37,425 nucleotides of DNA, from NCBI GenBank assembly GCA_023645945.1, contig JALAIB010000064.1:1-37425 (forward strand), read 5' to 3'. Each line of letters begins with the position of its first letter. Position 1 is the stretch's first letter. Made by a program: the position numbers and the translations under genes. A model generated the notes under the pieces. The model was not told where the DNA came from. It saw nothing but the letters and a program-made list of their open reading frames with translations, and did not search any database. The DNA comes from Diploschistes diacapsis. Taxonomy: Eukaryota. Shown piece by piece: positions 33,281-37,425 of the stretch.

Positions 33281-36200
33281 ATGTCTGGTTTAGAAGGCAT
33301 TGCAGCTTTCAGTTTCATCTGCAATGTGATGCAGCTCATTAGTTTTGGACATGAGACTATATCCGTCCTAAAGCACATTAATAGTACTGGTCATCCAGAT
33401 CCGAGCCTGGCTCAAAGTGGGAAATTTCTGGAAGATATTACCAGTGAATTAGAGAATGAGCTACGGAACAAGCCCAAGCCTCTCAGTAGCAAAGACAATC
33501 AGCTGCTCGACATTGCAACAGAGTGCGTCAAGGCTTCTAAAGACCTACGGACGAGCGTGGCCGGCGTCAGTGTCTCAGGCGGCCAGAAAGCTCAAAAGCG
33601 CGCTATATTGGCATCGGCATTTAAATCAATCCGCAACAGGAGTGTGATTCAGCGACAAGAGAAAACGCTCATTCGTTGTCAACAGAATCTGCAGACATAT
33701 CTTGCAATGCACTCCGGGATCAAGCTTGATGCTCTCGAGGTTCAGAATCATGAGGACTTCGTCCACCAAAGTCATGAACTACAGTTCTTCATCAGACAAT
33801 ATGCTGCAGGGAACACGGGTCTTGAGCAACTCATTGCTCGAGAGTCGAATGATATCAAAACCCACATCACCAAAGAGTCGTCGAAAGTTCAGTCGCATCA
33901 GCGGGACCTGACGCAAAAGAGGCAGGAACAAGAGCTCACTTCGACGACTGAACGCCAATATGAGCATCTTCTTACCAGCTTGAAATTTCCTAGTATGAAC
34001 GAGCGCAAAAATCAGATAGGACCTCAGCGCTCGGGCACATTTCCTTGGATATTCGACGTTTGTGACGATGACCACTCACTAGCTTCTAACAGCGACAAAC
34101 CGAATAGGCCTTTGTCCTCGAGTAGTCGATCAAGTTCTTCGGACGAGGAACTGTATGAGCATCTACATGGGGGGGGCGGGGCCTTTTACCCTAGCGATGA
34201 TAAATGCTTTGAAACGAAGTATTGGCATGGCTTTCCTGAGTGGCTAAAGTCTGCAGAGAAGCTGTATTGGATCTCTGGGAAACCTGGATCTGGAAAAAGT
34301 ACACTGATGAAGCATATCTCATCCGCGTGCGAAACGAAGAACGCCCTCTCCGATTGGTGTTCGGACACTCAAGTTTTGTCACACTTTCTATGGAGTCCAG
34401 GAAGTCCAATGCAACGAAACATCAAAGGTCTACTATGTTCCCTCCTATGCCAAGCTTATCAGGGTGACAAACAGCTTGTGCTGCGGACAATGATAAACCT
34501 TCCGAGCCTTCTCTCCAAAGATTCACATATTGACTGGTCCCTGGAAGAACTGAGAAAGTCACTGTTCACGCTTATGCGAGAGACTCAGAATCACTTTTGC
34601 ATCTTCCTTGACGGACTAGATGAGATTGATCAAAAAGACGGATTGCACAGCCTCCTGAGGCTCTTAGACAAATTGAAAGACCTACCGCGAGTGAAGTTGT
34701 GTGTTTCAAGCCGACCCGAGCTGGCAATAACGAGGCACTTGAACAATTATCCGTCGTTACGAATCCAAGAATACACATCAAAAGACATCTGGATCTATGC
34801 TAAAAAGACACTTCAAATCCCTACTGCCGTCGAAAAGGATCTCGAGATTGTTCGTACAATAGTTGCAAAAGCAGCCGGAGTATTTCTCTGGGCTGTCCTT
34901 GTAAGTAAAAGTTTGAAACGAGGGCTAGCAAATGGTGACCAGTGGCCGGAGATTCGAGCACGCTTGGGATCTCTGCCAGCCGATATGATGGAGCTGTATT
35001 ATAGCATGTGGCAGAGGTTAGGCGAAGATAGAAAATGGTACAGTGAGACTGCCGCGCTTTATTTCGAGATCGTGCTCGTAGAAAGCAATTATGGGGGCAT
35101 GAATCTGCTCAAAAATGAGCAAATCTCAATCTTTGAACTCACCGCTTCAACGGATTCTGACGTACAAAACAGCTTTATCGAAAGAAACGAAGCGATGCCA
35201 GTAGCAGATCTGGAACAACAATGTTCGCGGACAGTTGAACGATTGATGGTCTGCTGCGCGGGACTTCTCGAGGTCCATCCAGCAGTCGAATTTGATCGTT
35301 TAGTTGTCGATTCTCACGATGAGAAGTATAACTGCTTATGGCCATACACAACTCAAGTGGTAGCTTTCATCCACAGAACAGCCCGTGACTTCCTGACTAG
35401 CACGGAAGAGGGCAAAGAAATCAGAAAGCGCTGCTCACAGGAAGCAGCAATGGTAGCATTGGCTAAAGGTTGCCTCATTCAATGCCGGCTTTGGAATTTT
35501 AAAACATATGATATTCATGCTGCGGATGCACTCCGATTGCTTGGATTCGTCCATGAATTCCCTCAGATGCCAGAAAATAAGCTCGTTCAAATCATAGCTA
35601 AATGGCATAAGGAAGGTTACCTGATTCGCGGACAGGGACATACCAGCTTTACGGCCATTGCTGCCTATATGGGACTAATCGCTTATGTTGAAGAGCAAAT
35701 AGCTCTTGAAACCGTTGACCTGCTTGAGCCAAACTTGCTAATATTACGAGGAGCTTGTACCTTGTCCTTTCCACATACCTTGAGCTGTTGGGACAGTCAA
35801 TTACGAGGGAATTATAAAGGTAGACACGAGCTTATCCGTCGTCTCTTGCGTGACTATGTCGTCGAGACAGAGTCGGAAACAGCTAATGGCCAAATTTCCA
35901 TGTCGGCTGAGCCTACCGAGCCCATCACTTCGGTTTTTGTTTGTTTCCTAGATAGTTCGCTGGCGCTTCTGGACGGCAACTTTCCCGAGAGATTGCAACA
36001 TAATGTTTCTTTTCTATCCTGGAGCAAAGAAATCCTAGCAACACTCCGAGCATTTATTCTTAAAGGTGTGGACGTGAGAACAAGTATCTACACCGCCATA
36101 CGTTACTCCAAGTATTTCACCGCAGGATTCTGCAGCCTTTATTACATGACGCAACAAGAGCCGATTATATACGTTGAAACCAACATACCCTTCCTTGTCA

Positions 36201-36610
36201 ATTGTCTGCTGTCTCGCTTGCATCCTAAAGCGGGTGCGTTGGACGGCGACAATTATTCGAGGGACTCTCGATATGTACGTGTGCGTATGTTCTCCATAGG
36301 TGAATCTGATGGCTTTGAAGGCTGTGACTCTTCAGACGTCCATTATACGCCTGGGAATGTGGAAGATGAGGCATATATTTGGAATGTGGTGAAGCCTTTA
36401 GCATTGAATGGTCCTTATCTTCTACGTGGAGAAGAGTGGATGAGCGGAATGGAGCGGCTTATAGAAGCTCTGAAGCTTGTGCTTCCTCGCGCCTTTCCAA
36501 CAGATGGTCACGCTATACTACATGAGATCTACAAACATGCAGTACCTTTTCTGCGAGAGTTTGATGACCCCAGGTCCGCGGTCTACAATAATGGAATACT
36601 GGACTTTTGA
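33281..36610 (+). CDS. NACHT-domain protein (fungal NLR/STAND) with N-terminal helical SesA/HeLo-like domain (1109 aa)
   Basis: N-terminus MSGLEGIAAFSFICNVMQLISF; LLTSLKFPSMNERKNQI, GTFPWIF, Walker A WISGKPGSGKSTLMK, Walker B CIFLDGLDE, KLCVSSRPE, KAAGVFLWAVLV, CCAGLLEV, FIHRTARDFL. Confidence 0.92.
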   Translation: MSGLEGIAAFSFICNVMQLISFGHETISVLKHINSTGHPDPSLAQSGKFLEDITSELENELRNKPKPLSSKDNQLLDIATECVKASKDLRTSVAGVSVSGGQKAQKRAILASAFKSIRNRSVIQRQEKTLIRCQQNLQTYLAMHSGIKLDALEVQNHEDFVHQSHELQFFIRQYAAGNTGLEQLIARESNDIKTHITKESSKVQSHQRDLTQKRQEQELTSTTERQYEHLLTSLKFPSMNERKNQIGPQRSGTFPWIFDVCDDDHSLASNSDKPNRPLSSSSRSSSSDEELYEHLHGGGGAFYPSDDKCFETKYWHGFPEWLKSAEKLYWISGKPGSGKSTLMKHISSACETKNALSDWCSDTQVLSHFLWSPGSPMQRNIKGLLCSLLCQAYQGDKQLVLRTMINLPSLLSKDSHIDWSLEELRKSLFTLMRETQNHFCIFLDGLDEIDQKDGLHSLLRLLDKLKDLPRVKLCVSSRPELAITRHLNNYPSLRIQEYTSKDIWIYAKKTLQIPTAVEKDLEIVRTIVAKAAGVFLWAVLVSKSLKRGLANGDQWPEIRARLGSLPADMMELYYSMWQRLGEDRKWYSETAALYFEIVLVESNYGGMNLLKNEQISIFELTASTDSDVQNSFIERNEAMPVADLEQQCSRTVERLMVCCAGLLEVHPAVEFDRLVVDSHDEKYNCLWPYTTQVVAFIHRTARDFLTSTEEGKEIRKRCSQEAAMVALAKGCLIQCRLWNFKTYDIHAADALRLLGFVHEFPQMPENKLVQIIAKWHKEGYLIRGQGHTSFTAIAAYMGLIAYVEEQIALETVDLLEPNLLILRGACTLSFPHTLSCWDSQLRGNYKGRHELIRRLLRDYVVETESETANGQISMSAEPTEPITSVFVCFLDSSLALLDGNFPERLQHNVSFLSWSKEILATLRAFILKGVDVRTSIYTAIRYSKYFTAGFCSLYYMTQQEPIIYVETNIPFLVNCLLSRLHPKAGALDGDNYSRDSRYVRVRMFSIGESDGFEGCDSSDVHYTPGNVEDEAYIWNVVKPLALNGPYLLRGEEWMSGMERLIEALKLVLPRAFPTDGHAILHEIYKHAVPFLREFDDPRSAVYNNGILDF

Positions 36611-36934
36611 GAGATCAAACCATTCTTATAGATCGAGGCTCGTTTAAGACTCCGCCAAAGAGTAAGAAACATTCCTACCCAGGCCAGGAGACTCACCGCT
36701 TCATCCTCCTTCGCGTCACATCGTGAAGCCATGTTAGCAGGACGCTGGACCTCCCCAAGGGTCTCCAGCATCATGCATAGTCGAGTTATCGCGATGTGCG
36801 AGAGGAGGGACTGCGGAGAACACTCGCTCTATCCCCGATGCTTTCCACAGCGAAAGGCGATACCAATCCTCAAAACCAAAAGCACACAGCAAGGCGGTCT
36901 ATCGCGTGGCTCTTCAAATCCCCGGGTCCAGCTC

Positions 36935-36959
36935 CGTCGGTCGGTCGGTCGGTCGGTCG
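36935..36959. repeat. (GGTC)n microsatellite
   Basis: cgtcggtcggtcggtcggtcggtcg read directly. Confidence 0.8.
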
Positions 36960-37425
36960 TCTTCCTTCCAACGTGCAGAAGGGCACCCCAATGACCCCAA
37001 TCGAACAACCAAAACAATCCATCCAAACCGCCCCACCAACATACCCACCACACGCCCAGCTTCCCCTCTACCGCACGAGAGCAGAGCACCACCGCCTCCT
37101 CTCCCCCGACGCATGAAAAAAAAAGTCCATCCGCCTCACCTCTCATCTCTCTGCTCGCACGTGCCGAAGGCGCCGCTACCCAATCCTCGTACTGCCCCGT
37201 CTCGAGCAAAGGCAAAAAACCAAAGCCAGACCGACATGCTAGGTTTGTTGGTTTTCAGGGGGGGCCTTTTTTTCCTGCGCGGAAAAGCAATGTTATTTCT
37301 GGCGATCGAAGACGTCGACTTTTCGGCGATCGGTTTCTGCACGGGGTGGAGAGGTCCGCCCGAGTGATTTGGGGCGATGAGCACAGGAGCGCAGGGCGGG
37401 GGCAAGGGACGGTGAGGTGGTGGGG

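Noticed and set aside
36731..37425. Several short overlapping ORFs and a GCTAAC/GTGAGT pair on the minus strand
   Set aside because: Low-complexity UTR- or promoter-like sequence with a microsatellite; no coherent gene model or recognisable RNA family.
1..37425. CRISPR arrays, rRNA, prokaryotic operons, or a fungal RiPP cluster around the tyrosinase
   Set aside because: Eukaryotic gene structure; no spaced repeat array, rRNA, KR-delimited repeat precursor or DUF3328 gene is visible.

Overview
Eukaryotic, intron-containing DNA from a filamentous ascomycete (Pezizomycotina-like GT-AG introns with CTRAC branch points), so most short ORFs in the six-frame track are shadows. Conserved core: cullin-3 (-), mitochondrial Zim17/Hep1 zinc finger (+), an intronless UTP20 (-) head-to-head with DRN1/CWF19L1 (+), and a secreted S10 serine carboxypeptidase (+). 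Accessory left end: a Cys-containing secreted protein, a divergent pair of apparently pseudogenised secreted enzymes (tyrosinase and arylsulfotransferase) and a 4-TM membrane protein. Accessory right end: a MITE-like element, a ~2 kb decayed repeat block with ~125 bp direct repeats and a perfect 37 bp hairpin, a secreted EVPQEHSH-family protein, a Cys-cluster single-TM protein and a NACHT (fungal NLR-like) gene. The most intriguing signals are the co-decayed tyrosinase/sulfotransferase pair and the repeat block. No clearly new system can be proven from sequence alone. Intron boundaries were inferred by eye.
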